Shown: positions 36,261-45,614 of the stretch, piece by piece
Layout of the letters: each line of letters opens with the position of its first letter
How positions within the stretch are numbered: the first letter of the stretch is position 1
Origin: an uncultured bacterium
GTDB lineage: Bacteria; Oederibacteriota; JAAXVQ01; JAUVAV01
Assembly: GCA_963710755.1 (NCBI GenBank)
Contig: CAVQBK010000013.1
Location: forward strand, 416,001 to 480,000
Length of the DNA stretch: 64,000 nucleotides
Direction: 5' to 3'
Made by a program: the position numbers and the translations under genes
The notes under the pieces: generated by a model
Database searches by the model: none
Told to the model about the DNA's origin: nothing
Seen by the model: only the letters and a program-made list of their open reading frames with translations

Positions 36261-36719
36261 TCAATCCTTTTTATGAAGACGCTTTTTCTTCTGATAATTG
36301 AGGAGAATATTCACTATCGTCAAGCTGGCCAATACCACGGCCGTAACCATGATAGCCAATAAATAAAACCCGGCACCACAAGCCAAACCAATGCCGGCCA
36401 CAGCCCAAACCGAGGCTGCGGTGGTCAGCCCTTTGACCAGTTCATCCTGACCGCGAATAATGGTACCGGCACCAATAAACCCAATGCCTGTGATGACCTG
36501 GCCGGCGATACGGCCGGGATCAATATTGCTGGCCACTTGGGAATATTCCATAAGCATTTCCAGGGAGATCAGCATGGCGCAGGCCGACCCCAAGGCTACC
36601 AGCAAATGTGTGCGGATCCCCGCTGGTTTACGCAATTTTTCACGATTGTAACCGATGACCATGCTTAATCCAGCCGCTAAAAGCAGGCGCAACAGCATAT
36701 CTATCCATGTAATGCTCAT
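36261..36719 (-). CDS. MgtC/SapB family membrane protein
   Basis: IGYNRE..KPAGIRTH, RIAGQVITGIGFIGAGTI and GLTTAASVW motifs. Confidence 0.9.
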   Translation of the reverse strand: MSITWIDMLLRLLLAAGLSMVIGYNREKLRKPAGIRTHLLVALGSACAMLISLEMLMEYSQVASNIDPGRIAGQVITGIGFIGAGTIIRGQDELVKGLTTAASVWAVAGIGLACGAGFYLLAIMVTAVVLASLTIVNILLNYQKKKRLHKKD

Positions 36720-37090
36720 GGTGATACCTCTCCCCTTTTCTTGGCCTGGAGGTCTGACTTCTGGTCTTGTGGTCCAACGACGGCCAGCGCTTGCAGCCGT
36801 GCCATCAGTTTCGGTCCTATACCTTTGACCTTTAGAAGGTCTGTCACCTGCCGCAACGGATAATGCTCCCGATAGGTGATGATCCGACCCGCCAAAACAC
36901 GACCGATCCCGGGGAGCAAAGTCAAGGTCAGGGCATCGGCCCGGGTTAGATCAATTTTGGTTGTTTTGGTCATTGATTTAGATACGCTGTGCCACCGCCA
37001 AAGTTCTACTTCCCGGGCTATGGCGATCAGCAAGGGTAAAACCAACGCGACCATTATGATTTTCAGGGTAAGCGGCCGCAGCGATCTCAA
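36716..37090 (-). CDS. ComEA-like helix-hairpin-helix DNA-binding protein
   Basis: N-terminal TM, LPGIG...IITYRE, DLLKVKGIGPK. Confidence 0.8.
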   Translation of the reverse strand: MRSLRPLTLKIIMVALVLPLLIAIAREVELWRWHSVSKSMTKTTKIDLTRADALTLTLLPGIGRVLAGRIITYREHYPLRQVTDLLKVKGIGPKLMARLQALAVVGPQDQKSDLQAKKRGEVSP

Positions 37091-37644
37091 GAAAATTGCT
37101 CCCTGCTTTTTTCCAGGCCCACCTCAATCCAGCTGAGCACCGCCTGCTCGGCCTTGGCCAATGACGCCACCAAGGTTTGCCTTTCCTCAGACGTAAACTT
37201 GCCCAAGACAAAGTTGGTCACCTCGCTGACCGCTGGTAAGGGCCCTATACCGATTTTCAAACGCTGGAAGCTATTGGTCCCCAAACTGGCCGTAATGGAT
37301 TTAAGACCATTATGGCCACCAGCACTGCCTTGGCCGCGAAAACGAAGTTTCCCCAGCGGCAGGCTGAAATCATCGACCACCACCAGCAAGTCTTCCAATT
37401 TGATTTTAAAATATTGGGTTAAGGCTAAAACCGCCTCACCGGAGAGATTCATATAGGTCAGGGGCAAAGCCAACAGCAAGGATTGACCTGCCAGATTGGC
37501 CCGCCCCCATAAGGACTTCAAAGAATTACGGTTCAAAGGGATATGATGTTCCCGGGCCAAAGTCTCTATCAGCTCGGCGCCAAGGTTATGACGCGTGCCG
37601 GTGTAGGTTGACCCAGGATTACCCAATCCCACAATGAGCTTCAC
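37087..37644 (-). CDS. pth: Peptidyl-tRNA hydrolase
   Basis: LIVGLGNPG, TRHNLG, TYMNLSG and GGHNGLKS motifs. Confidence 0.97.
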   Translation of the reverse strand: MKLIVGLGNPGSTYTGTRHNLGAELIETLAREHHIPLNRNSLKSLWGRANLAGQSLLLALPLTYMNLSGEAVLALTQYFKIKLEDLLVVVDDFSLPLGKLRFRGQGSAGGHNGLKSITASLGTNSFQRLKIGIGPLPAVSEVTNFVLGKFTSEERQTLVASLAKAEQAVLSWIEVGLEKSREQFS

Positions 37645-37656
37645 AGGATAATACAG

Positions 37657-38331
37657 TTAGCCTTTGCTTTTGCTGGCTTGACGTTCTTCCCGTTCTTTCT
37701 CGCCAATAACTTCGGGCTGCTTTGCTTCCGCTCCGGCTTCAGCACCAACGGTCACCGCAGCCTCAGTTTTGGGCGCCACCACATGCACCAATGGTTCATG
37801 CTCCTCCAGTTGCACCTGGACACCCTCGGCCAGAGTTACATCTTTGATGGTCAAACTGTCGCCGATATGCAGCTGACTGATGTCCACCTCAAGACTTTCC
37901 GGAATTAAGGCCGGCAAGCATTTAATGTGCAGTTCGCGGTGGACCACACTCAGAATGCCGCCTTCTTTAACCCCTGGGGCAACTCCAATGAGATGGACGG
38001 GAATGGTGGTTTCCATGGGTTTGTCCATGGATATTTTCAGAAAATCAGCGTGTAAAATATCGTGGGTTACCGGATGACGTTGTAGCGCTTTAACCGCCAC
38101 CAGGGTGGGGGCGTCTGTTTGGCTGCCGTCTTTGATGCTCAACTGAATAAGAGCACTGCTGCCCGAGGCGCGGAGTTTTTTCTCAAATTCTTTGACATCC
38201 AGCTGAACGCCAACGGCTTCCTGACCCTGACCGTAAACAACGGCAGGTAACATTCCGGCGCTGCGCAACCTGTTCATGGCGTTTTTCTTCAATCCTGTGC
38301 GAAGCGTTGCTTCCATCTGAAACTGTTTCAT
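37657..38331 (-). CDS. rplY: 50S ribosomal protein L25/Ctc
   Basis: RLR..G.LPAVVYG, QRHPV..HADF, GVKEGG; lies between prs and pth. Confidence 0.95.
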   Translation of the reverse strand: MKQFQMEATLRTGLKKNAMNRLRSAGMLPAVVYGQGQEAVGVQLDVKEFEKKLRASGSSALIQLSIKDGSQTDAPTLVAVKALQRHPVTHDILHADFLKISMDKPMETTIPVHLIGVAPGVKEGGILSVVHRELHIKCLPALIPESLEVDISQLHIGDSLTIKDVTLAEGVQVQLEEHEPLVHVVAPKTEAAVTVGAEAGAEAKQPEVIGEKEREERQASKSKG

Positions 38332-38456
38332 TGTTGCTTTCCTCCTGAATCATCACCTTGCCGCGATTTTCCCCCTGCTTCTCCGCCTGGTTTGGCGTGG
38401 GCAGCGGCGGCTATGGTTTTCGCTTAAGTCATCAATCTGCTCAATGGCAGTATTTA

Positions 38457-39407
38457 TTATTTAAACAGGGTACTCACCGTGGTTTCGGTGTGAATCCTGT
38501 GGATCGCTTCCCCAAACAACTTGGCCACCGTTAAAACTCCCACCTTGCCGGCGAGAGCTTTTGCCCGTAAAGGAATGCTATCAGTAGTGACCACTTCTTT
38601 GAGAGCTGAATTCAATATCAGTTCCGGTGCCTGCCCTGAAAACACCGGATGGGAACAGCAGGCGTACACATCTTTAGCCCCTTTTTTATGCAAAAAATTA
38701 ACGGCTTCAACCAGACTCTTGCCGGTGGCGATCATGTCATCCACCAATAATACGTTTCTGCCTTTAACATCACCAATCACATTCATGGCCATGGCTTCCG
38801 TGGGGCCTGAACGGCGCTTATCCACAATAGCCAGGTTGGCTTTTAATTTTTCCGAGTAATTGCGCGCCAGTTTAATGCCACCTACATCGGGCGTGGCGAT
38901 CACCAAATCTTTTATTTTTTTCTTTTTGAAGTGGTTTATAAATACAGGAGCAGCCTGGAGATTGTCAACTGGAATATCAAAGAACCCCTGAATCTGATCG
39001 GCATGGAGATCCATGGTCAACACACGATTGGCACCGGCAGTGGTAATCAAATTGGCCACCAGTTTGGCGGTAATAGGCACGCGCGGACGATCCTTACGGT
39101 CCTGACGGGCATAACCATAGAAAGGCAGCACAGCGGTAATGCGTTTAGCGGAAGCCCGGCGCAAGGCATCAATCATGATCAACAGTTCCATCATACTGTC
39201 ATTGCTGGGCGGGCATGTCGGTTGTACCACAAATACATCACAGCCGCGTACGTTCTCCTTGACCTGGACGGAAACTTCGCCTTCCGGAAAACGGCCCACG
39301 TCGATCTGACCCAAGGGTAATTTTAGATAACGGGCAATAGCTACCGCCAAGCGTGGATTGGAATTCCCTGAAAATATTTTCAATTTATTTCTTTGATGAA
39401 CCGCCAC
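38457..39407 (-). CDS. prs: Ribose-phosphate pyrophosphokinase
   Basis: YGYARQDRK, DLHADQIQGFF and VDDMIATG motifs. Confidence 0.97.
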   Translation of the reverse strand: MAVHQRNKLKIFSGNSNPRLAVAIARYLKLPLGQIDVGRFPEGEVSVQVKENVRGCDVFVVQPTCPPSNDSMMELLIMIDALRRASAKRITAVLPFYGYARQDRKDRPRVPITAKLVANLITTAGANRVLTMDLHADQIQGFFDIPVDNLQAAPVFINHFKKKKIKDLVIATPDVGGIKLARNYSEKLKANLAIVDKRRSGPTEAMAMNVIGDVKGRNVLLVDDMIATGKSLVEAVNFLHKKGAKDVYACCSHPVFSGQAPELILNSALKEVVTTDSIPLRAKALAGKVGVLTVAKLFGEAIHRIHTETTVSTLFK

Positions 39408-40803
39408 CCGTCTGCCCCCCGTTGTTTAGTCTTCGATTTTTTTTTATTACCCTGGCCGGCACGCCCACAGCCACGCTACGTGCCGGAATGTGACTGTTGG
39501 CTTTTACTACCGCACCGGCACCAATCAAAGCCTGCTTGCCAATTTTATTGGGCGCAACCAATACTGTTCCGCTGCCAATGAAGGCCTGCTGCCCTATGAT
39601 GGTGCGATGTTTTACTTTTCCGTCATAATTGGCGGTAATGGTGCCCGCCCCAATATTGACTTCCCGTCCCAGCACCGTGTCCCCGATATAACTGACATGG
39701 CCCACTTTACTGCGTGCATTAACTGTGCTGCGGTTGAGCTCCGCAAAATTGCCGATCTTGGCCTGCTCACCAATGGTATTACCTGCCCGTAAGTGCGCAA
39801 AAGGACCAACCTTGACCTCGTCCCTGATAGTCGATTGCCCCACCACCGATTGCACAATACTGACTTGCCGGCCGACCTTGCTGTTCTTAATAACCGTATA
39901 AGGCCCGATCACACAATCCGGGCCGATCACTGTGGCGCCCGTGAGCATACAGCCAGGTAAAATAACCGTATCTTGTCCAATAACCACATCGCCATCGATC
40001 CAGGTGGTTTGAGGATCCATAATGGTCACGCCCTGATCCAGCCAGCGGCGCACAATCCGCTCGTTCATGAGGCGGCCGGCAGTCGCCAAGTCCTGGCGCG
40101 TATTGATGCCATGTACTTCCGCGGGATCTTCCACCTGCAGGCCGGCAACGCGGTGTCCCTGGGCATTCAGCAAATCAATAATATCGGTCAGGTAAAACTC
40201 GCCCTTTTGATTGTTGTTCTTCAAGTGCTTGACCAACGGCCAGAAAACATCCTGGGAAAAGCAGTAGGCACCACTGTTGATTTCCCTGACCTTCTTTTCC
40301 CCGGCCGTGGCTTCTTTTTCTTCCACGATTTTCCCGACCCAGCGGGCATCATGGGCATCGCGCAGGATGCGGCCATAACCAAAAGGGTTGTCCATCAAGG
40401 TGGTCAGAATGGTAGCCTTGGCCTTGAGCTTTTGGTGGACGCGGATCAAGGTTTTCAGGGTCTTGGCCTGAATTAGGGGGGCGTCTCCGCACAGCACCAG
40501 CACCAGGCCTTGCGCTTTGGCCGCCGCAGCGGCCGCCATCTGCACGGCATGCCCTGTGCCCAAAGGCTTGTCCTGCTTTACAATTTTAATGTCTTCAGGC
40601 AACCCGGCCTTGATCTGATCGGCCTGTTTGCCCAGCACCACCACCGGCTGCCTGATGCCCGCCCCGCGCACGGCCTGCAGCACCCAGGCCAGGCAGGATT
40701 TGCCGGCCACCGGATGAAGCACCTTGGAAACCTTTGATTTTAAACGGGTACTCTCACCGGCCGCCAGGATAATGGCATCGATTGTATTAGTTGTGTTGGC
40801 CAA
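39385..40803 (-). CDS. glmU: Bifunctional UDP-GlcNAc pyrophosphorylase/glucosamine-1-phosphate acetyltransferase
   Basis: ILAAGESTR.KS..KVLH, LGTGHAV, EFYLTD and hexapeptide repeats; start placed at TTG 40803 after GAGG. Confidence 0.95.
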   Translation of the reverse strand: MANTTNTIDAIILAAGESTRLKSKVSKVLHPVAGKSCLAWVLQAVRGAGIRQPVVVLGKQADQIKAGLPEDIKIVKQDKPLGTGHAVQMAAAAAAKAQGLVLVLCGDAPLIQAKTLKTLIRVHQKLKAKATILTTLMDNPFGYGRILRDAHDARWVGKIVEEKEATAGEKKVREINSGAYCFSQDVFWPLVKHLKNNNQKGEFYLTDIIDLLNAQGHRVAGLQVEDPAEVHGINTRQDLATAGRLMNERIVRRWLDQGVTIMDPQTTWIDGDVVIGQDTVILPGCMLTGATVIGPDCVIGPYTVIKNSKVGRQVSIVQSVVGQSTIRDEVKVGPFAHLRAGNTIGEQAKIGNFAELNRSTVNARSKVGHVSYIGDTVLGREVNIGAGTITANYDGKVKHRTIIGQQAFIGSGTVLVAPNKIGKQALIGAGAVVKANSHIPARSVAVGVPARVIKKNRRLNNGGQTGGGSSKK

Positions 40804-41003
40804 AGCAATCCTCGTTTTTTTACCGGGCTTGCTGTCCCTGTAGGGTTCAGCAACGAATTTTCGGTTTGGACTTTTATGGTTCGTCGTTGCAGTGGATTGG
40901 AGATTGTGACGGATAGCCATGGCACCGGTAACCTGATCACCCCTGCTGCCGGGACCAAATCTTTTCTTTAATTCAAGCCGACGTTTTGAACCAAGCCTCT
41001 TAG

Positions 41004-41077
41004 TGGCTGCCGGGCAAGGATTCGAACCTTGATAGGCGGCTCCAAAAACCGCTGTCCTACCGTTGAACGACCCGGCA
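41004..41077 (-). tRNA. tRNA-Gln(TTG)
   Basis: TGCCGGG...GCGGT-TTTTGGA-GCCGC...CAAGG-TTCGAAT-CCTTG-CCCGGCA-GCCA; typical position near ispE/prs. Confidence 0.95.
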
Positions 41078-41135
41078 ACAAAAGCACCTTATTTGCGATT
41101 ATTTTAAAAAAAGTCGGATAACTTATTGGACCTGA

Positions 41136-41453
41136 TTAATTGGTTTCAAAAGCTTCCTGACGTTCCTGAACTTCCGGCCTCTGACTGACATCTTGCAGTA
41201 CCGATTCTTTTTTATATTCCGATAAAATCTGGTCCTCCATGACCTTCCTTAGCTCATTGGTCAGGGGATGGGCAATATCCATAAAAGTACCGTCTTTTCT
41301 TTTCCTGGAGGGCATGGCCACAAACAGGCCGCTATTGCCTTCGATGATTTTTAAATTACGCACAACGAAGGCATCGTCAATGATAATGGTGACATAAGCT
41401 TTTAACTTGTCTTCCTGCCTGGGAAAAATCTTCACCTCTGTAATTTCCATCAC
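41136..41453 (-). CDS. spoVG: SpoVG family nucleic-acid-binding regulator
   Basis: MEITEVKI...KLKAYV....FVV...KIIEG..GLFVAMPSRK...F.DIAHP. Confidence 0.95.
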   Translation of the reverse strand: MMEITEVKIFPRQEDKLKAYVTIIIDDAFVVRNLKIIEGNSGLFVAMPSRKRKDGTFMDIAHPLTNELRKVMEDQILSEYKKESVLQDVSQRPEVQERQEAFETN

Positions 41454-41472
41454 CCAGCGCTCCGTTATTCAT

Positions 41473-42351
41473 TTATTCAATGTCATCCCTGGGACCGGCG
41501 GTTTGAGTCACCACCACAAAGGGATAACGTGCAGCTAGAGTTTTTTGGACCCGGCGGGCCACCTGACGTGATGGCAGCAAGCCGAAAACAGTGGCCCCGC
41601 TGCCGGTCATCATGGCGGCGGTGGCGCCCAGCGCCAATAATTCAGACTTTATTTTTCCAATGACAGGCTGCTCCCCTGCCGTGACCTGTTCCAGATGATT
41701 AAAAAGATTTTTCCCTATTTTCAAAGCATTTTTCTCAACAAGCGCTTGGCGCATCATATTAATACAGGCCTTTTTAGTTGTCAATGTTAAATTGAATTTT
41801 TTATAAACCGCAGCTGTGGCCACCTTAACTCCGGGGTTGATGACAGCCATCAACAGGCCCGGCATCGCTGGCCAAATCCGCAGACGTTCCCCCCGGCCAG
41901 TCCCTAGCATACAGCCGCCGTTGAGAAAAAAAGGCACATCCGACCCCAGGCGTTTAGCCAGTTTAATAAGCAAAGGCTTGTTGTCAATCTTCCACAACCG
42001 GGCGCAGCCCAACAGGGCAGTGGCCGCATTGCTGCTGCCCCCCCCCATGCCCGCAGCCACCGGAATGTTTTTATAAATTCTGATCTTAACCCGCGGGTTC
42101 ACCCCTTTAGCTTGGGCCAGCTGGTTGACAGCGCGATAAACCAGGTTGGCCTCGCCTTCGGGCACTTCGGGATGGTCACAACACACTGTCAATCCCTGCC
42201 CTCCTGGTTGAAAGGTGAGACGGTCGGCGAGTTTCAAACTATGCATTACAGTTTTTAGTTCATGGTAACCGTCAGGACGCTTGCCTTTAATCTCGAGAAT
42301 TAAATTAACTTTGGCCGGCGATTCAAGGGAGAGAATGGGGCTCACCACCAA
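41473..42351 (-). CDS. ispE: 4-diphosphocytidyl-2-C-methyl-D-erythritol kinase
   Basis: PAKVNL, DGYHEL, KNIPVAAGMGGGSSNAA and GSDVPFF motifs. Confidence 0.95.
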   Translation of the reverse strand: MVVSPILSLESPAKVNLILEIKGKRPDGYHELKTVMHSLKLADRLTFQPGGQGLTVCCDHPEVPEGEANLVYRAVNQLAQAKGVNPRVKIRIYKNIPVAAGMGGGSSNAATALLGCARLWKIDNKPLLIKLAKRLGSDVPFFLNGGCMLGTGRGERLRIWPAMPGLLMAVINPGVKVATAAVYKKFNLTLTTKKACINMMRQALVEKNALKIGKNLFNHLEQVTAGEQPVIGKIKSELLALGATAAMMTGSGATVFGLLPSRQVARRVQKTLAARYPFVVVTQTAGPRDDIE

Positions 42352-44062
42352 GGCCTCCCAGGGATGGAATGGATTTTAATTTTTGTTTGAGCTGCTCATT
42401 GTCCGGATCCTGAGCCAGAGACTTTGTCCATTCCTCCCGGGCTTCCGGATACCTCTTCAATTTAAAGTAAATATCGCCCAAATGCTCCAGAATCTCAGCA
42501 TCCACAGGCAATTCCTTAATGACCAACACCTGACGGGCATGAAGAATGGTTTTTAATGCCAGCTCATAATGATGGCTCTGAAAATAGGCCCATCCCAGAG
42601 AATCCAGATAATAACCATTTTCCGGTTCCAGCGAAAGCGCCCGCTTAAGCCAGATAATGGCCTGATCCAAATATATACCCCGTTCCGCGTAGGAATAACC
42701 CAAATAATTATAGGCTTCTGCATACCGGTCGTCTGCCCGGATACACTTTTTCCAGTAATGGGCGGCCCGGTCATAATCCTTGTTCAGATAATAAATCCTG
42801 CCCAAATGAAATAAAATGTCAGGGTTTTTATTATCCAGAGCAAGGGCTTGGGTCATCTGTTTGAGGGCGTAAGCATAATTTTTGTTTTTAGCCAGCAGTA
42901 ATCCGTATTGCAGGAAAAGAGTCGGATCGTCTTTAAATTTAACGGTGGCAATTCCCAGCAAAGCCAGAGCTTTGCTGGTATCGCCCAAGTGGTCCAAAAG
43001 TCCGGCCAGGGTGCCGTAGGCTTCCTTCAACCCGCTGTTGAGCTTGATACTCAGTTCCATTTCATGTTCCGCCAGAAAGTAAAGTTTTTTCTTGGCATAA
43101 ATGGAGCCCAAAAAATAATGGGAGAGCGCATCCTCTGGATCAGCCTGGGACAATTCAAAAAAGAGCTTTTGGGCCTCTTCGTACCGCCCGGCTTCGTAAT
43201 AAGCCAAACCCAGATTTTTTTTAATCACTTCATTATCCGGTTCCTGCGCCAGGTATTTTTGCAAATACGGAATGGCCGTCCCCCAGGACCCTGCCTGCAG
43301 GTAATACTGGGCCAAAAACTGATAGGCCGGAGGATAATCAGGATAAAGGCGCACAATCTTCTCATACAGTATCTTGGCCTTTTCCGGATTTTGATGTTCC
43401 TGATAAAGACGGGCTAAATAGGCCAGCCATTCAAAGTTGTTTTCATCGGTTTTCAAACCCGCTTCCAACAGTACGGCAGCTTTGGCCCATTGGTCGTGAA
43501 TTAAAAAATAACTCATCAAAGCCAGCCGGGCATCACGATCTTCGGGATTAATGTGAAGGGCTTCATGGAGATAGAAAAGACCTTCTTTATTTTTTTCCTG
43601 TTTGAGCAGCAACACACCGAGACGTGTATAGGGCCCTGAAAGTTTATGCCCCATTTTGACGGCGTCGCGATAAATTTTCTCCGCCATTTTGATATTGCCA
43701 CTGGCTTCATGCAATTGGCCCCAAATATATTTCATACCCTGATCTTCTGGCGAGTGCTTGAGCAACTTTTGGTATTCTGCGGCAGCTTGGTCGAACTGGG
43801 ATAAGCGGATATAATCCTGAACCAGGCTTTTCCTCACCTGATTGGCCTCGGGGTCGAGTTTTAGAACCTGGCGGTAATAAGTCACCGCCCGCTCATAGTC
43901 TTCTTTTTTTTCGGCTAATTGACCGGCAAAAAACGCCAGCCGGGCTTGATCCCGGACACTTAAAGGCTCAGGGGTAGGTTGTGGTTTAAGAGAAGGTTGG
44001 GCACATCCTGCCAGGATCAACAATCCCAGCAGCCATACCCACAAATAGGTAAACCGCTGCAT
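42323..44062 (-). CDS. TPR-repeat lipoprotein
   Basis: Lipobox LAGC; many TPRs ending AYNYLGYSYAE...YLDSLGWAY...EHLGDIY. Confidence 0.85.
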   Translation of the reverse strand: MQRFTYLWVWLLGLLILAGCAQPSLKPQPTPEPLSVRDQARLAFFAGQLAEKKEDYERAVTYYRQVLKLDPEANQVRKSLVQDYIRLSQFDQAAAEYQKLLKHSPEDQGMKYIWGQLHEASGNIKMAEKIYRDAVKMGHKLSGPYTRLGVLLLKQEKNKEGLFYLHEALHINPEDRDARLALMSYFLIHDQWAKAAVLLEAGLKTDENNFEWLAYLARLYQEHQNPEKAKILYEKIVRLYPDYPPAYQFLAQYYLQAGSWGTAIPYLQKYLAQEPDNEVIKKNLGLAYYEAGRYEEAQKLFFELSQADPEDALSHYFLGSIYAKKKLYFLAEHEMELSIKLNSGLKEAYGTLAGLLDHLGDTSKALALLGIATVKFKDDPTLFLQYGLLLAKNKNYAYALKQMTQALALDNKNPDILFHLGRIYYLNKDYDRAAHYWKKCIRADDRYAEAYNYLGYSYAERGIYLDQAIIWLKRALSLEPENGYYLDSLGWAYFQSHHYELALKTILHARQVLVIKELPVDAEILEHLGDIYFKLKRYPEAREEWTKSLAQDPDNEQLKQKLKSIPSLGGLGGEPHSLP

Positions 44063-44506
44063 TTAGGAGGTGCCGACCAGTCTTTTATTGGTGTCGCGTA
44101 ACCGGCCGCTTAGGATTTTTAAAAAAGACATGAGGATTTTATTACCGCATTCAGGGTTACGGCGAATCATGTCGTTAAACCCCGACTTGGTGATCACCAA
44201 TAAAACCGTATCCTTGGTAATTCGGGCGGAAGCAGAACGGGGTTCCTCATCAATAAGGGACATCTCGCCCACAAAACTGCCTGCCCCCAATTTTGCAAAA
44301 ATAATATCTTCCGGCATCTGGCGCTTAAAGATTTCAATTTCCCCGTTTTTGACCAAATACATCACCCCGCCGCTCATGCCTTCATAGAACAAGGTCATGC
44401 CCTTGCGCATGGTTTTTTCAAACATGAAATTTTTAATCTTGCTTAGTTCCTCGTCATTCAGATCACTGAAGACGCTGATTTTTTTCAGATCCTGGATGTC
44501 AACCAT
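44063..44506 (-). CDS. Stand-alone cyclic-nucleotide-binding domain protein
   Basis: FYEG..G..MY, GEMSLIDEEPRSASA phosphate-binding cassette; no HTH. Confidence 0.9.
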   Translation of the reverse strand: MVDIQDLKKISVFSDLNDEELSKIKNFMFEKTMRKGMTLFYEGMSGGVMYLVKNGEIEIFKRQMPEDIIFAKLGAGSFVGEMSLIDEEPRSASARITKDTVLLVITKSGFNDMIRRNPECGNKILMSFLKILSGRLRDTNKRLVGTS

Positions 44507-44675
44507 ACGCTCACCTTTAACAAACGTAAATAAAAGCCCGCTTAGCGGTTTGGATAATGTTCCATCTTTTGTAACGAACGGAACTGCCTTAAGTCGCCCT
44601 TGCGAATACGCCGCAATCCATCATCCGTTATTTTACTTAAGTTTACCCAGGTTTGACGGATAAATCCATTTTTTT

Positions 44676-45614
44676 TTACTCCAATCCCGCGGCATTTAAA
44701 AACGCTTGAAAGTCCGAAGGCAGTGGGGCTGTAAATTCCATCTTGGTTTGACTCCGGGGATGATTAAAGCTCAGCGTGTGGGCATGCAGCAGTTGGTGGT
44801 CCGGCCGGGGCACGCCCCATCGGGCCAGAGCCGCCTGTTCCCCCCGTTTACCGTAGAGCCGGTCCCCCAGCAGAGGGTGCCTCAGATAATGGCAATGAAC
44901 GCGGATTTGATGGGTTCGGCCAGTCTCCAGACGGCATTCGATCCAACTACACCAGGTGGTTTGCTTAAGTATAGTTATATTGGTGGTGGCGGTTTTGCCG
45001 CCATGGTTGACCACCGTAAATTTTTTACGATGTTTGGGATCACGGCCAATATTGGCGGTAATGGTCACCGCAGATTGCGGCCAACTGCCCCAGGCCACGG
45101 CCTGATAGAGCCGGCTGATGCGCCGTTCCTGCAGTGCCGCAGCCAGCTGATGATGAGCCCAATCATGTTTGGCCACTAGCAATAAGCCGGAGGTATCCTT
45201 GTCTAAACGGTGAATGAGACCGGGCCGTTCTTCACCGCCTATGCCGGAGAGCCGGTCGAGGTGATACAACAGAGCATTGACCAAGGTACCGTCCGCATGC
45301 CCGGCCGCAGGATGGGTTACCAACCCCACCGGCTTAACCACCACCGCCAAGTCCTGGTCCTGGTAAAGCACTTCCAGGGGAAGCGGTTGGGCTACAGTCT
45401 GGGCAGCCTGCAAATCAGTAGGAGCATAGGTAATGCGTTCTCCGGCCTTGAGTACCAAGCCCGGTTTGGCGGACCTGTTATCCAGCCAAACCCGTTGGTT
45501 CTTGATGGCCTGGGCAGCGCCGGATCTGGATAAAGCCTCAAGCTTGCTTCCTAAAAAGACATCGAGCCGCAGGCCCTGCTCTTCCGGTGTGACCACCCAG
45601 GTTATGGGCTCCAT
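44676..45614 (-). CDS. rluD: RluA/RluD family pseudouridine synthase
   Basis: S4 domain (RLD.FL), HRLDKDTSG and GRTHQIRVH. Confidence 0.9.
   Translation of the reverse strand: MEPITWVVTPEEQGLRLDVFLGSKLEALSRSGAAQAIKNQRVWLDNRSAKPGLVLKAGERITYAPTDLQAAQTVAQPLPLEVLYQDQDLAVVVKPVGLVTHPAAGHADGTLVNALLYHLDRLSGIGGEERPGLIHRLDKDTSGLLLVAKHDWAHHQLAAALQERRISRLYQAVAWGSWPQSAVTITANIGRDPKHRKKFTVVNHGGKTATTNITILKQTTWCSWIECRLETGRTHQIRVHCHYLRHPLLGDRLYGKRGEQAALARWGVPRPDHQLLHAHTLSFNHPRSQTKMEFTAPLPSDFQAFLNAAGLE

Noticed and set aside
40804-40920. N-terminal extension of GlmU; glmS ribozyme or 6S RNA in this spacer
   Set aside because: Homology starts near TTG 40803, which has an RBS; the conserved ribozyme core is not seen and 6S-like pairing is unconvincing.
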